64,000 bases of DNA from a virus. Lineage: Duplodnaviria > Heunggongvirae > Uroviricota > Caudoviricetes. A program made the translations under genes and the position numbers. Of this stretch, positions 20,811 to 30,846 are shown piece after piece. The notes beneath the pieces were generated by a model. It was not told the DNA's origin, made no database searches, and was given only the letters and a program-made list of their open reading frames with translations. The stretch lies in the IMG/VR virus record IMGVR_UViG_2718218133_000001; one strand, given 5' to 3'. Each line of letters starts with the position of its first letter. The stretch's first letter is position 1.

Positions 20811-21203
20811 TTATTCTACGCTTTCGATAAGAAGACCATGTTCATAACATTTAAGCTCATCGCCTTCATACAGGAATTGGTATCCAACACCACCATCTTC
20901 ATGGACATTAGGGAATAACTCATAACTCACTGAAGAGCAAATCACACCAATGCAGCGATCAACGCCTTCTCGTTCTTCAGTGCTGAAAAAATCCTCTTCG
21001 GTAAGAACATGAGTACATTGCTCATCAGCATAGGTCGGAAATACATGCTCAATGCAATCCGGGTGTTTTAAACCAAGCTGATCGGCAAGCTCGAAAGCAC
21101 GACGGTATTGTTCAGATCCTGGCTTGCCAACAGTGATTTGCTCAATTTTGTAGATTGAAGTCGCTTTGTTGATAGTTTGCTTTACTGTTACTTTATCAGA
21201 CAT
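20811..21203 (-). CDS. hypothetical protein
   Basis: 130-aa ORF downstream of oriR. Confidence 0.45.
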   Translation of the reverse strand: MSDKVTVKQTINKATSIYKIEQITVGKPGSEQYRRAFELADQLGLKHPDCIEHVFPTYADEQCTHVLTEEDFFSTEEREGVDRCIGVICSSVSYELFPNVHEDGGVGYQFLYEGDELKCYEHGLLIESVE

Positions 21204-21214
21204 AAAAATCCCTT

Positions 21215-21478
21215 TTAGTTACCGCTAATAGCTCGGTTGTAATCATTAACGTTGCGATTCTTCCTGTTAATCCCCATCAGCATCGTTTCTGTATCGAGGA
21301 TATACGCTGGCAGATCATCAAAATATTCACTGCTAAACTCTGGCATCCTGCACATAAATGCACTTTTGGGGGCAGGGTGGTTAACCTTTGTCGGCGTCGG
21401 CGTTAAATTCGCTGATCGACTCCCGGAGCAACCGCTGAGTGTCAGCAGGAATACGCTGGCGAACATTACCCGCCGCAA
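21215..21478 (-). CDS. mlp: lipoprotein precursor (signal MRRVMFASVFLLTLSGC with lipobox), Mlp-like; start uncertain (TTG 21476-21478 or ATG 21464-21466)
   Basis: lipobox LSG-C after a hydrophobic stretch; overlaps the 3' end of the upstream gene out of frame. Confidence 0.5.
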   Translation of the reverse strand: MRRVMFASVFLLTLSGCSGSRSANLTPTPTKVNHPAPKSAFMCRMPEFSSEYFDDLPAYILDTETMLMGINRKNRNVNDYNRAISGN

Positions 21479-21803
21479 CCAGTTGTTTCTGAACTTCAGC
21501 TTTTCGTTCCATTTGCCTGTCAGCATACTTGGCTTGTTCTGATTCATTTTTCACTTCCTGGCTGTGAAAATGTTGCTCTGCTTTGTTCATCGTCTCAATG
21601 GTCTGGTTAAGATCCATTATTGACTTATCACGTTCCTTAACAGCCTGATTAAGACTGCCAATTTTCTCTATGGCTTGCTTTAGCTGATGACGTTCCCATG
21701 CAAACCCAGCACCAACAAGTGCGCAAATCAGAACAAGAACACCAGTAGCAGCAAGTTTCTCCTTCAAAGACAAAGCTGTTTTTAACGTAGAAAAGAATGA
21801 CAT
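21381..21803 (-). CDS. membrane-anchored coiled-coil protein (ppfA-like), start MSFFSTLK after AGGAGG RBS
   Basis: ORF-track ORF trimmed to RBS-supported ATG; one N-terminal TM helix. Confidence 0.5.
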   Translation of the reverse strand: MSFFSTLKTALSLKEKLAATGVLVLICALVGAGFAWERHQLKQAIEKIGSLNQAVKERDKSIMDLNQTIETMNKAEQHFHSQEVKNESEQAKYADRQMERKAEVQKQLVAAGNVRQRIPADTQRLLRESISEFNADADKG

Positions 21804-21842
21804 GTCTTCCTCCTGAAGAAAAATTATCAATGAAGTCCTTTG

Positions 21843-22631
21843 TTACTGTGCCGCTTTGTTTAATTCATCAAGAACAGAATCAGGAACCAAAGCGGCAACT
21901 GCGCTGGCTGTGCTGGCCTTATTTGCTGATGCTTCCGCAAGCGCGGTACCGATAGCATGGTTATAAGCAGTTATGGCTACGCTGGCGCTTTCCTTCGCTC
22001 GTTCATACTGCTGTTGCAATGCTGCTACCGGTACTGTTGTCTGGTCGAAAAAAGCACCAAATTGTTCAGTAACTTCCTTCAGTGCTTCAACTTGTTGTTC
22101 TGTCAGTGCTGGTGGGGGAGTGGCAGTGCCGCCGCCTGAACCAGAGCCTGACGAGCTTCCTGAGCCAGTGTTAAGGGTCTGGTTAATCTCCCCCATAGCA
22201 GCGACTAAACTTGATGTATTAAGCGCGTTTACAGCGTCCTCAAGCGATTTAGTAATAGTCACATCACCAATGGCAATAGAGATCGGCAGTTCTGATACTT
22301 CTCGCTCATTAGCACGACAGTAAACATCCCAACCAATATCGAGTTGAAGGAGCATTGACAGATCAGCATAACCAGCCAACAGGTCCGCGTGCTTAGTTGC
22401 CAGTTCTCCAATGTTCGTTAAGCCGGTTGTGGTTGTTCTGATCGTTGAAACATAGCTGGTAATAGTGTCGGGATAGACAATTGTATCCAGAATTAATCCG
22501 GTCAATTCTTCTGCAAGCAGTTTTGCTGTGTTAGCACTGTTTCGTGCCGATGTTATGGCACCAGGTGTTTTCATCCCACCGGCGGCGGCCAATTTTTTAT
22601 ATGCGGATAACTGGTAGTCTTTTTCCAGCAT
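21843..22631 (-). CDS. hypothetical protein with Gly/Ser-rich linker (start MLEKDYQ after AGGAGA RBS)
   Basis: trimmed from 281-aa ORF to RBS-supported start. Confidence 0.45.
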   Translation of the reverse strand: MLEKDYQLSAYKKLAAAGGMKTPGAITSARNSANTAKLLAEELTGLILDTIVYPDTITSYVSTIRTTTTGLTNIGELATKHADLLAGYADLSMLLQLDIGWDVYCRANEREVSELPISIAIGDVTITKSLEDAVNALNTSSLVAAMGEINQTLNTGSGSSSGSGSGGGTATPPPALTEQQVEALKEVTEQFGAFFDQTTVPVAALQQQYERAKESASVAITAYNHAIGTALAEASANKASTASAVAALVPDSVLDELNKAAQ

Positions 22632-22639
22632 GATATCTC

Positions 22640-22924
22640 CTAACTTACCTGAACCAGGCCGTCTCCGGACGCTACGGTAGATCCGCATGAAACAGGGTCA
22701 CCAACGCATACGATCCCTTTACCATTGACGGTAAACCATGCCCTGGTTGATATAGCTTGCCCACCGTGCGTACTGTTTCCATCGGTATGCTGTGCATATT
22801 GCTTACCATCAACTAACACTTCGACTCCGTTGACTTTAAGTAGTGGCTCACTCTCTACAGGAGGCCTGGATGGGAATCCTCCGTGCCCCGAACAAATGCT
22901 GTCTTTTGTTGCAATACTTGCCAC
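22640..22924 (-). CDS. PAAR-repeat domain protein
   Basis: 94-aa ORF with PAAR-like CxGHGG and VNGKGxVxVGDxVSCGS motifs. Confidence 0.55.
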   Translation of the reverse strand: MASIATKDSICSGHGGFPSRPPVESEPLLKVNGVEVLVDGKQYAQHTDGNSTHGGQAISTRAWFTVNGKGIVCVGDPVSCGSTVASGDGLVQVS

Positions 22925-23004
22925 GTCATCACCAATTATTTGCTCTGGTTTTCGTTATTTTAACTTAGGTTACTTGTGGTCTATATGGTGTTAACTATTG
23001 CATG

Positions 23005-23021
23005 ATTGCTCTAATAAATAT
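23005..23021 (+). promoter_or_regulatory. C1 operator (ATTGCTCTAATAAATAT) upstream of uhr-hrdC-dmt operon
   Basis: consensus match. Confidence 0.55.
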
Positions 23022-23092
23022 TGTTTTTTATGTCGTGTTTTCGGTACCATTCAGCCATCGCCCTTCAATGGGTATTTGTTTGGAGTCGTCAG

Positions 23093-23377
23093 ATGCAGAT
23101 GGAGCTAATAAGCCGCAAAGAGTTCGATAGCCGTGTAACCAGCGGTGAACTCGACAACTTGCAGGCTATCAAGGTGAAAGAAGGCTTTTGCCTCATTGGG
23201 AATCAGAGCGGAACAAATCGCGTTTTTATGCTTCGCCGTACGGATTTGAAGCCATTTGTCTGGAAGAACGAAATTGGTCCCAGCTCATACGCTCAAACTA
23301 GGGGGTGTCTCAACCTGGCCTTTTTCTACAAAAACGAGCTTTCTGTGGTTGATATTCAAGGGTTACAACATGTTTAA
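23093..23377 (+). CDS. small protein upstream of hrdC (uhr-like)
   Basis: GGAG RBS before ATG at 23093; overlaps hrdC start. Confidence 0.4.
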   Translation: MQMELISRKEFDSRVTSGELDNLQAIKVKEGFCLIGNQSGTNRVFMLRRTDLKPFVWKNEIGPSSYAQTRGCLNLAFFYKNELSVVDIQGLQHV

Positions 23378-24275
23378 GCACTGGAAAAACATTACTATTT
23401 ATAAACTTTCTCGTGAAGCGGATCTGACCGACTTAGAAGATAAAAAGAAAATGATCCTTTTCACGCCATGCGGTAGTCAGGATATGGCCAAGTTCGGTTT
23501 TGTATCTCCATTTGGTGATAATTCCGAAGTTATCGCTATGCATGGAAATGGTTTTATCCTTGTTGAAGCAAAGCGCGAAACAAAAATCCTTCCCCCGCCG
23601 GTTATCCAGCGAGCTATTCAAGAAAAAATTGAAAAACTCGAGCAAGAACAAGCGCGTAAACTGAAGAAAACAGAGAAGGACTCCCTGAAAGACGAAGTTC
23701 TGCATTCTCTTCTGCCACGGGCTTTTTCAAAGTTTTCTGTTATCCAGGCGATCTACGACGGTTCAACTAAACGTATCTATATCAATGCCAGCGCGCGGCA
23801 GGCAGAGGATATGCTCGCGCTTATGCGTAAATCTCTGGGTTCTCTTCCTGTTGTTCCCCTAAGTGTTGAAAATCCCATTGAATTAACGCTGACCGACTGG
23901 GTACGTGATGGTAGTGCTCCACAGGGATTTCAAATGGGGGATGCGGCAGAACTTAAGGCAGTGCTTGAGGATGGCGGTATTGCCCGAGTGAAAAAGCAGG
24001 ATTTGGGAAGCGATGAAATTTCCACACACCTGGAAGCTGGCAAGCTCGTTACTAAGTTGGCACTCGACTGGCAGAACCGCATTAAATTTACACTGGACCA
24101 TAACTTCAGCCTTACCAGCGTCAAATTTGCGGATGAATTGCTTGAGCAGAACTCTGATATTGATAGTGAAGATGTTGCGCAGCGACTGGACGCAGATTTC
24201 TTCCTGTTGACCAGTGAAATTTCGTGCCTGGTTGATGCTCTGGTAAATGCCCTTGGTGGAGAGGCTAAGCAGTGA
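23370..24275 (+). CDS. hrdC: RdgC-like recombination-associated protein (P1 HrdC)
   Basis: strong similarity to E. coli RdgC recalled across the whole length ([36 protein letters not shown]); start MFKHWKN. Confidence 0.8.
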   Translation: MFKHWKNITIYKLSREADLTDLEDKKKMILFTPCGSQDMAKFGFVSPFGDNSEVIAMHGNGFILVEAKRETKILPPPVIQRAIQEKIEKLEQEQARKLKKTEKDSLKDEVLHSLLPRAFSKFSVIQAIYDGSTKRIYINASARQAEDMLALMRKSLGSLPVVPLSVENPIELTLTDWVRDGSAPQGFQMGDAAELKAVLEDGGIARVKKQDLGSDEISTHLEAGKLVTKLALDWQNRIKFTLDHNFSLTSVKFADELLEQNSDIDSEDVAQRLDADFFLLTSEISCLVDALVNALGGEAKQ

Positions 24276-26290
24276 AAGAGCTGTGCTATGGATCTGTTTG
24301 CAGTGGAATTGAAGCCGCGAGTATTGCCTGGGAACCGTTGGGTATGCGTCCGGCGTGGTTTGCTGAAATCGAGCCTTTTCCATCTGCCGTTCTTGCGCAC
24401 CGCTGGCCCCATGTCGCCAACCTTGGCGACATGACAAAACTTGCCAAAAAAGTCCTGGCTGGGGAAATCGAATCCCCTGATGTGCTCGTCGGGGGTACGC
24501 CTTGTCAGGCATTCAGTATCGCGGGCTTACGTGGTGGGCTTGATGATGAACGCGGCGCGCTAACTTTGAAGTATGTGGAGCTTGCAAATGCAATTGACGA
24601 CAAACGGTCTGAGTCCTTCCTCAAACCGACAGTTATCGTCTGGGAAAATGTCCCAGGAGTCCTGTCATCGGCAGATAACGCCTTCGGATGTTTCCTTGCC
24701 GGATTGGCTGGAGAAGATGCGCCATTTGAACCAGGTGATCGACCTGAATCAGGAAAAAGTAACGCGTTCTGGCGGTGGGATGGCAAAACCGGTTGCCATG
24801 CTCCAAAGTGGCCGCAGTGTGGTTGTATTTATGGACCGCAGCGAAAGGTGGCCTGGAGAATCCTTGATGCCCAATACTTCGGAGTGGCACAACGACGCCG
24901 ACGCGTGTTTGTTGTCGCAAGTGCTCGAACAGACCTCGATCCCGCAACGGTACTTTTTGAGTTCGAAGGCGTGCGCCGGAATATTGCGCCGAGCAGAGGC
25001 GAGGGGAAGGAAACTACCAGATATACTTCAAACATCGCTATCAGATCTTGCGATGATACAAACATAGTTGCCATGGCACATGGGCAAGGAGGGGCTGAGA
25101 TAAAAACCGATAATTCGGCACCAACTTTGACATGTAACCATGAAGCACCAATTGTATTGCTCGTCGACGGTAGAATGCGCCGTCTTATCCCTGTCGAATG
25201 TGAAAGGCTGCAAGGTTTTCCTGATGGACATACATTGATCCCTACGGAAAAGCGTAAAAAAGTTTCTTCAGATGAACTGGCATACCTTCGCAAAAACTAT
25301 CCTGATTTGAGCGAAGAAGAGGCCGCGATGCTTGCAGCTGACGGACCGCGTTACAAAGCGATCGGCAATAGTATGGCGATACCAGTAATGCGCTGGATTG
25401 GCGATCGGATTGCCAAGGCTGCATGTCGGCAGAAGGAAGGGAGTGAAACAAAAGAGCGAAAAGTTAAACCAGCGGCAGAATTCGAACGGTCCATATTCAA
25501 ATGGGCTGGTGGAAAATTTGGTGTTCTGGAACAAATCTTTCGCTATTTGCCAGAAGGGAAGCGCCTGATTGAGCCTTTCGTTGGTGGCGGAGCTGTCTTC
25601 ATGAATGCCGGATACCAGGAAAATCTGCTAAATGATGTGAATGCTGACCTGATTAACTTTTACAAGACTCTGCAACGCGAGGCGCATTCACTTATCACTC
25701 TGGCACATCGTTTCTTCCAGGACTACAACACGCAGGAAGGATACCTGGCAGTACGGAATGCGTTTAACAAACAAGTCTATGATGATTTACATCGCGCAGC
25801 GGCGTTTTTGTTCCTGAACCGACATTGTTTTAACGGATTGACGCGTTACAACCAAGCCGGTGAGTTCAATGTCGGTTATGGGAAGTATAAAACTCCGTAT
25901 TTCCCATTGCAGGAGATGGAAGCCTTCCTTGGTGCGGAAGGGCGTTCTGAGTTTGTATGTGGTGATTTTGCTGCGGTGATTGAAGCTGCCGGAGAAGGAG
26001 ATGTCATCTTTTGCGATCCGCCGTATGAACCGCTCCCAAATACAGAGGGATTCACGAACTATTCCGGTCATGACTTTAAGTTTGAAGAGCAAAAACGCCT
26101 GGCGTCTCTGTTGACGGATGCTCATCGCCGAGGTGCAAAGGTTCTCATTACTAACAGTGGCGCGCCAAACATCAGAGAACTTTATCAGGACAGTGGCTTC
26201 AGAGTGGAACCTCTTTTTGCCAGACGTTCTGTGTCTTGTAAGGGGGACACTCGAGGTGTTGCTCATGACGTTATAGCAATATTGCTCTAA
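24272..26290 (+). CDS. dmt: bifunctional DNA methyltransferase: N-terminal C5-cytosine MTase ([12 protein letters not shown]) fused to C-terminal Dam-like N6-adenine MTase (FKWAGGK, DPPY)
   Basis: 672-aa ORF; GTG start overlapping hrdC stop; canonical MTase motifs seen. Confidence 0.8.
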   Translation: MKELCYGSVCSGIEAASIAWEPLGMRPAWFAEIEPFPSAVLAHRWPHVANLGDMTKLAKKVLAGEIESPDVLVGGTPCQAFSIAGLRGGLDDERGALTLKYVELANAIDDKRSESFLKPTVIVWENVPGVLSSADNAFGCFLAGLAGEDAPFEPGDRPESGKSNAFWRWDGKTGCHAPKWPQCGCIYGPQRKVAWRILDAQYFGVAQRRRRVFVVASARTDLDPATVLFEFEGVRRNIAPSRGEGKETTRYTSNIAIRSCDDTNIVAMAHGQGGAEIKTDNSAPTLTCNHEAPIVLLVDGRMRRLIPVECERLQGFPDGHTLIPTEKRKKVSSDELAYLRKNYPDLSEEEAAMLAADGPRYKAIGNSMAIPVMRWIGDRIAKAACRQKEGSETKERKVKPAAEFERSIFKWAGGKFGVLEQIFRYLPEGKRLIEPFVGGGAVFMNAGYQENLLNDVNADLINFYKTLQREAHSLITLAHRFFQDYNTQEGYLAVRNAFNKQVYDDLHRAAAFLFLNRHCFNGLTRYNQAGEFNVGYGKYKTPYFPLQEMEAFLGAEGRSEFVCGDFAAVIEAAGEGDVIFCDPPYEPLPNTEGFTNYSGHDFKFEEQKRLASLLTDAHRRGAKVLITNSGAPNIRELYQDSGFRVEPLFARRSVSCKGDTRGVAHDVIAILL

Positions 26291-26297
26291 TAAATTT
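26281..26297 (+). promoter_or_regulatory. C1 operator (ATTGCTCTAATAAATTT, perfect consensus) overlapping dmt stop codon
   Basis: exact consensus. Confidence 0.55.
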
Positions 26298-26474
26298 ATT
26301 AGTGTAATATCGCCTCAATGAATCGTGATTTATAGAGCGATTTAGCTGTTAGCCGCGACAGGCGCGGCGGCAAGTATGGCGGGGTAGTGACTCCTTCCCC
26401 CTCATGACGCCGAGTTGCCAGGTTGACCATACGCCTAAGTGGCAACACCGAAGTGCGTTACGAGCTTCCAGTTT

Positions 26475-26500
26475 GCCCATCTTCGGGTGGGCGTTTTTTT
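26475..26500 (+). terminator. intrinsic terminator (GCCCA..TGGGC stem + T7)
   Basis: seen in sequence about 180 bp after dmt. Confidence 0.5.
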
Positions 26501-26965
26501 CAGGGTTTTCGTCATGGTTAGCGACTTTGCGGCGGTTTAGAAACTGACCATTAAAGTAAATGCAAACGATGATCTGATGATGGTAGCGGCCTAAGAAGCC
26601 AGACGCCACGGGGTATGAGTCGTCCCCCGTCAAAAAATCGACCGCAGAGTGTCCCCGTCTGTGTATTAGGGAACGGGGAGGCACAACAGGTAAGGGCGCT
26701 GGTGTGATTAACCAGATGAACGAGAAGGGGCCATCTGTTGGTCAGCGTCCTTTCCTGTTGCGTCTTCTTTTCAGCGTAACAGCGGTGCTTAACAGCACTT
26801 TGGGTACAGTTCCACGAATTTACGGGTATATCCCGTCATGCTGAAAGCGCTAATCACGCTGGAAGCCAGGGTTATGCATCCCCTGTTACCGAATTGCAGC
26901 CAGGGCGCGGTGCGCCGAAAAGCATACGGAGGTGGAAGCCCTCGCCGGAGACGTACCCGGCAAGT

Positions 26966-27041
26966 GATGGTGTAGCTCAGCGGTTAGAGCGGTTGACTGT
27001 TAATCAACGGGTCGATGGTTCAAATCCATCCACCATCGCCA
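26966..27041 (+). tRNA. tRNA-Asn (anticodon GTT)
   Basis: manual cloverleaf fold: 7-bp acceptor GATGGTG/CACCATC, anticodon loop CTGTTAA, T-loop TTCAAAT, encoded CCA. Confidence 0.8.
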
Positions 27042-27043
27042 AT

Positions 27044-27119
27044 GCCGGTTTAGCTCAGTTGGTAGAGCGCCTGCCTTGTAAGCAGGATGTCAGCGGTTCG
27101 AGTCCGTTAATCGGCACCA
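27044..27119 (+). tRNA. tRNA-Thr (anticodon TGT)
   Basis: manual fold: acceptor GCCGGTT/AATCGGC, anticodon loop CTTGTAA, T-loop GGTTCGAGTCC, encoded CCA. Confidence 0.8.
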
Positions 27120-28047
27120 GCACAACAGGTAAGGGTATTTTGCGACGTCGGAGATCGCCGAGCTTGGCAGAGGGTTCGAATCCCTACGAAGTACCCTTAC
27201 CGTTGTGATGAATGCGCAGGCTGATGCGCGAAAGACATTGCAGCTATTGCGGAAAAGAGCTGTTCGGCGGGGCAATTAAACGCCCGTGAGAGTCTGAAAT
27301 AACCGCAAGCCGGAGATCAGCACCGGTCATCACAACACAACAGGTAAGGGCATTCTCCCTTATGGGGCTTGGCTTAAATGCATCGAGTGCTCTTACCGTT
27401 GTGATGAAGTGCAGCTCTTTGAAGCAACCAGAAGATAAGCATCTGGCTTCACAACATAAACCGCAGGAACGACCAATAAACGGTAGTCCGTATGGAGAAC
27501 ACCCCGTTGAGGAAGAGGCCTGGCCGGAACCGTAACCGGCACTACAACGTTGAGAACACTGGCGTAACGGGGTCATATCCCAATCTACGAATAAATGTTG
27601 CGTTGCAGCGTGACAACCAGTGTTCTCAACATTGTGGTGAATGCACAGGCTGATGTGCCGCAACTACAGTAGTGCGCGCTTTGCGGGGCTTGCTACAACC
27701 CTGTGTCGGAGTTCAGCACCGACCATCACAGTTTGATTCTCTGGCATGAGCATAACGCTGAAATAAGTCCAGCTTGGTGCGGCCCGATCACCCGCCGTTA
27801 GCTCCACGAAACGGAGCACGTAACAGGTAAGAGCATTCTCCTGTAACGGGTTCATATCCCAATCTACAGGTCCACCAAGAATGCTCTTTCCGTTGCGGTG
27901 AATGCGGCTAAGCGCACGCGGGGAAATGGTTATATCAGTCCATTCATTTCTCCTTGTTTCCCCGTCCACGGTGGATAACCAGCCAAAGGACACCGGGAGG
28001 CACCCGGCACCGCAGCTTTTTTATTCGTTAAATAATGGAGTGAGAGG

Positions 28048-28284
28048 ATGCAGAACAATCCGAACAAATGTCGAACGCTATGGGTGCGGTTATATATTTA
28101 TGCCGTCCTCTGTTTGATTGTGTCACTGGTTCTGTATGTTTGGCTTTTGCCAAATATGATCTCATCTAACAGCACAATACTTGTATTGTTGGGAGTCCTT
28201 CTCGCGCTCATTTACCCGGCTTTCGCAGTAGTCTTTTTTCGTGAAAAAACCAGGAAATTAATTAATGAAAAAAACGTTGATTAG
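28048..28284 (+). CDS. small two-TM membrane protein upstream of the SPFH lipoprotein
   Basis: 78-aa ORF, GGAGTGAGAGG RBS, two hydrophobic helices; overlaps plp start. Confidence 0.5.
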   Translation: MQNNPNKCRTLWVRLYIYAVLCLIVSLVLYVWLLPNMISSNSTILVLLGVLLALIYPAFAVVFFREKTRKLINEKNVD

Positions 28285-29092
28285 TGCAGCGATTATTTTG
28301 GGTTCTTTATGTCTGACCGGATGCGATCGGGTAGAGCCAGGTAACGTAGGGATCAAAGTAAATAAGCTGGGGGATGATAAAGGTATCGGTGAAGTAGTTG
28401 GCGTTGGTCGCTACTGGACAGGCTTGAATACTGAAGTTTATATCTTCCCGACCTTTAAGCAAATGAAGACATACGATGAGCCGTTCAGCTTCCAGATGAG
28501 CGACGGAACAACCATTGGTTACCACATCGGCGTAGCCTACAAGGTTGATCCAGCAAAAGTCACAACGGTATTTCAGACCTATCGCAAAGGTGTAGATGAT
28601 ATTACTGATACCGATCTACGCCAGAAGGTTGCAGATGCTCTGAACCGGTTAGCCAGCAAAATGACCACCGACAAATTTATCGACGGTGGCAAATCTGAAT
28701 TGCTTGATGCAGCCCTTAAAGACATTCAGGAAGAAATGACGCCAATCGGCATTCAGGTGATGAGCCTCTCTTATGTAGGTAAGCCAGAATACCCGCCAAC
28801 AGTTATTGACAGTATTAACGCCAAAGTCACGGCAAACCAAAAAACCCTGCAACGCGAGCAAGAGGTCAAACAACGTGAAGCAGAGGCCAACATGCTGCGC
28901 GCGGAAGCTGCCGGACAGGCTGATGCTATTCGCACAAAAGCCCAGGCCGAAGCTGATGCCATTCGTTTACGTGGTGAAGCTCTGCGCCAGAACCCCGGTG
29001 TTATGGAGTTGGAAGCGATCAACAAATGGAACGGTACATTACCGCAGTATATGACCAGTAATACCGCTGTTCCGTTTGTTCCGGTGAAATAA
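28265..29092 (+). CDS. plp: SPFH/band-7 domain lipoprotein (Plp-like)
   Basis: 275-aa ORF; lipobox LTGC; coiled-coil C-terminus (QREQEVKQREAEANMLRAEAAGQADAIR). Confidence 0.65.
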   Translation: MKKTLISAAIILGSLCLTGCDRVEPGNVGIKVNKLGDDKGIGEVVGVGRYWTGLNTEVYIFPTFKQMKTYDEPFSFQMSDGTTIGYHIGVAYKVDPAKVTTVFQTYRKGVDDITDTDLRQKVADALNRLASKMTTDKFIDGGKSELLDAALKDIQEEMTPIGIQVMSLSYVGKPEYPPTVIDSINAKVTANQKTLQREQEVKQREAEANMLRAEAAGQADAIRTKAQAEADAIRLRGEALRQNPGVMELEAINKWNGTLPQYMTSNTAVPFVPVK

Positions 29093-29119
29093 AAGCGTAA
29101 GCAAAATTGGCAGTAATCC

Positions 29120-29195
29120 GGCCCTTTAGCTCAGTGGTTAGAGCTGGCGACTCATAATCGCACGGTCACCGGTTCAAGTCCGGTAGGGGCCACCA
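29120..29195 (+). tRNA. tRNA with anticodon CAT (Met or lysidine-modified Ile)
   Basis: manual fold: acceptor GGCCCTT/AGGGGCC, anticodon loop CTCATAA, T-loop GGTTCAAGTCC, encoded CCA. Confidence 0.75.
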
Positions 29196-29481
29196 TATTT
29201 GGTTGTAACACGGCGTCTGGCACATGCGTCGTTAGCGGTCTGGTGACGTTAAAAGGGGGGAACCTTGCCCCTAGCTCAGGCAACGAACCAGGTAGCCGGA
29301 ATGTGCAAGCCACCGTTTGTTGTTTCTCGGGTAAAGGGATTCACCATCCTGGCGATTCGGTGTGACAGCCGGGAAGAGTCCGGCGCATTAATCCTGATTT
29401 TCTGGTGATGACTCATATCGTTAGGAGTGATTTGAGTATGCCGATTATATCTGACATTCAGCACGCCTGGGTGGAGTGCTA

Positions 29482-30846
29482 ATGTCTGCATCCCCTCTTG
29501 AATCCATGCCAAATTCCCTTAGTGCAGAACAAGCTGTACTTGGTGGCTTAATGCTTGATAACTGCCGCTGGGATGAAGTTGCAGATCGTATAGTTGCTGA
29601 TGATTTTTATACCAGTGCTCATCGTGAAATTTTCAGTGAGATGGAGAGGTTATTAAGTCATGGCAAACCGATTGATTTGATAACACTTGCTGAAGCACTT
29701 GAACAGAACGGTAAATTAGAACGCGCCGGTGGTTTTGCGTACCTTGCGGAGATGTCAAAGAACACGCCCAGCGCGGCAAATATTTGTGCTTATGCGGATA
29801 TCGTTCGTGAACGCGCGGTTGTTCGTGAAATGATTTCCGTCGCAAATGAAATAGCCGAAGCTGGATATGCGCAGGATGGCAGGGGCAGCAATGAATTGCT
29901 GGATATGGCCGAGCGCCGCGTTTTTGAAATAGCTGAAAAACGACAAAAGAGCGGTAGTGGTCCAAAAGATATCGCCAGCATTCTCGATGCAACGGTATCT
30001 CGCATAGAAGAGTTGTTTCAGCGACCGCATGATGGTGTAACGGGGCTTGATACCGGATTTACCGACCTCAATAAGAAGACGGCAGGACTTCAGCCGTCCG
30101 ATCTCATTATTGTCGCCGCCCGCCCATCGATGGGGAAGACCACGTTTGCGATGAATCTCGTCGAAAATGCCGCAGTCCGTAACGATAAGCCCGTATTGGT
30201 TTTTAGCCTTGAGATGCCGAGCCACCAGCTGATGATGCGCTCACTGGCTTCTCTTGCACGCGTTGATCAGACTCGTATTAGAACGGGGCAACTTAACGAC
30301 GATGATTGGGCGCGGGTTTCTGGCGCAATGGGTATTCTGTTGGACAAGCAGAATATTTTTATTGATGACTCAAGCGCCCTGACGCCGACAGAGCTACGTT
30401 CCCGCGCTCGTCGTGTTTATAAAGAAAATGGTGGTTTGAGCATGATTATGATCGACTACCTGCAACTTATGCGCGTCCCCGAGCTGCAAGATAACCGAAC
30501 GCTGGAAATTGCCGAGATTTCTCGCTCACTGAAGGCGTTGGCGAAGGAATTACAAGTACCGGTGGTGGCATTGTCACAACTTAATCGATCGCTTGAACAG
30601 CGTGCGGACAAACGACCGGTAAATTCAGATTTACGTGAATCAGGAGCAATTGAGCAGGACGCAGACCTGATCATGTTTCTGTATCGCGATGAAGTTTATC
30701 ACCCGGATAGCGAAATGAAGGGCATTGCCGAGGTAATTATCGGAAAGCAACGAAATGGCCCAATTGGCACGGTGAGATTGGCTTTTAACGGCCAATACTC
30801 ACGGTTTGATAACTATGCTGGTGCTGACTGGCAAGAGGATTATTAA
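29482..30846 (+). CDS. ban: DnaB-family replicative helicase Ban
   Basis: Walker A RPSMGKTT, DnaB motifs; ATG at 29482 after GGTGGAG RBS. Confidence 0.9.
   Translation: MSASPLESMPNSLSAEQAVLGGLMLDNCRWDEVADRIVADDFYTSAHREIFSEMERLLSHGKPIDLITLAEALEQNGKLERAGGFAYLAEMSKNTPSAANICAYADIVRERAVVREMISVANEIAEAGYAQDGRGSNELLDMAERRVFEIAEKRQKSGSGPKDIASILDATVSRIEELFQRPHDGVTGLDTGFTDLNKKTAGLQPSDLIIVAARPSMGKTTFAMNLVENAAVRNDKPVLVFSLEMPSHQLMMRSLASLARVDQTRIRTGQLNDDDWARVSGAMGILLDKQNIFIDDSSALTPTELRSRARRVYKENGGLSMIMIDYLQLMRVPELQDNRTLEIAEISRSLKALAKELQVPVVALSQLNRSLEQRADKRPVNSDLRESGAIEQDADLIMFLYRDEVYHPDSEMKGIAEVIIGKQRNGPIGTVRLAFNGQYSRFDNYAGADWQEDY

Larger units (their letters stand above)
26682..27930 (+). repeat. array of five related structured modules (conserved ACAACAGGTAAG[GA]GC ... 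GCTCTTACCGTTG[TC]GGTGAATGC arms, some with T-arm-like GGTTCGAATCC) flanking the tRNA genes
   Basis: units at about 26682-26762, 27121-27230, 27331-27415, 27563-27660, 27819-27920 read from sequence. Confidence 0.5.

Noticed and set aside
24505-26266. Multiple antisense and alternative-frame ORFs inside dmt
   Set aside because: All lie within the well-supported methyltransferase ORF and lack RBSs; typical shadow ORFs.
26349-26684. 111-aa minus-strand ORF in the dmt-tRNA intergenic region
   Set aside because: No RBS; it overlaps the terminator and structured leader; Arg/His/Cys-rich composition typical of an out-of-frame artefact.
27121-27194. Possible third tRNA next to tRNA-Thr (7-bp arms GGTAAGG/CCTTACC and a GGTTCGAATCC T-loop-like motif)
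   Set aside because: No canonical D-arm or anticodon arm could be folded and there is no discriminator/CCA context; treated as a tRNA-like repeat module.
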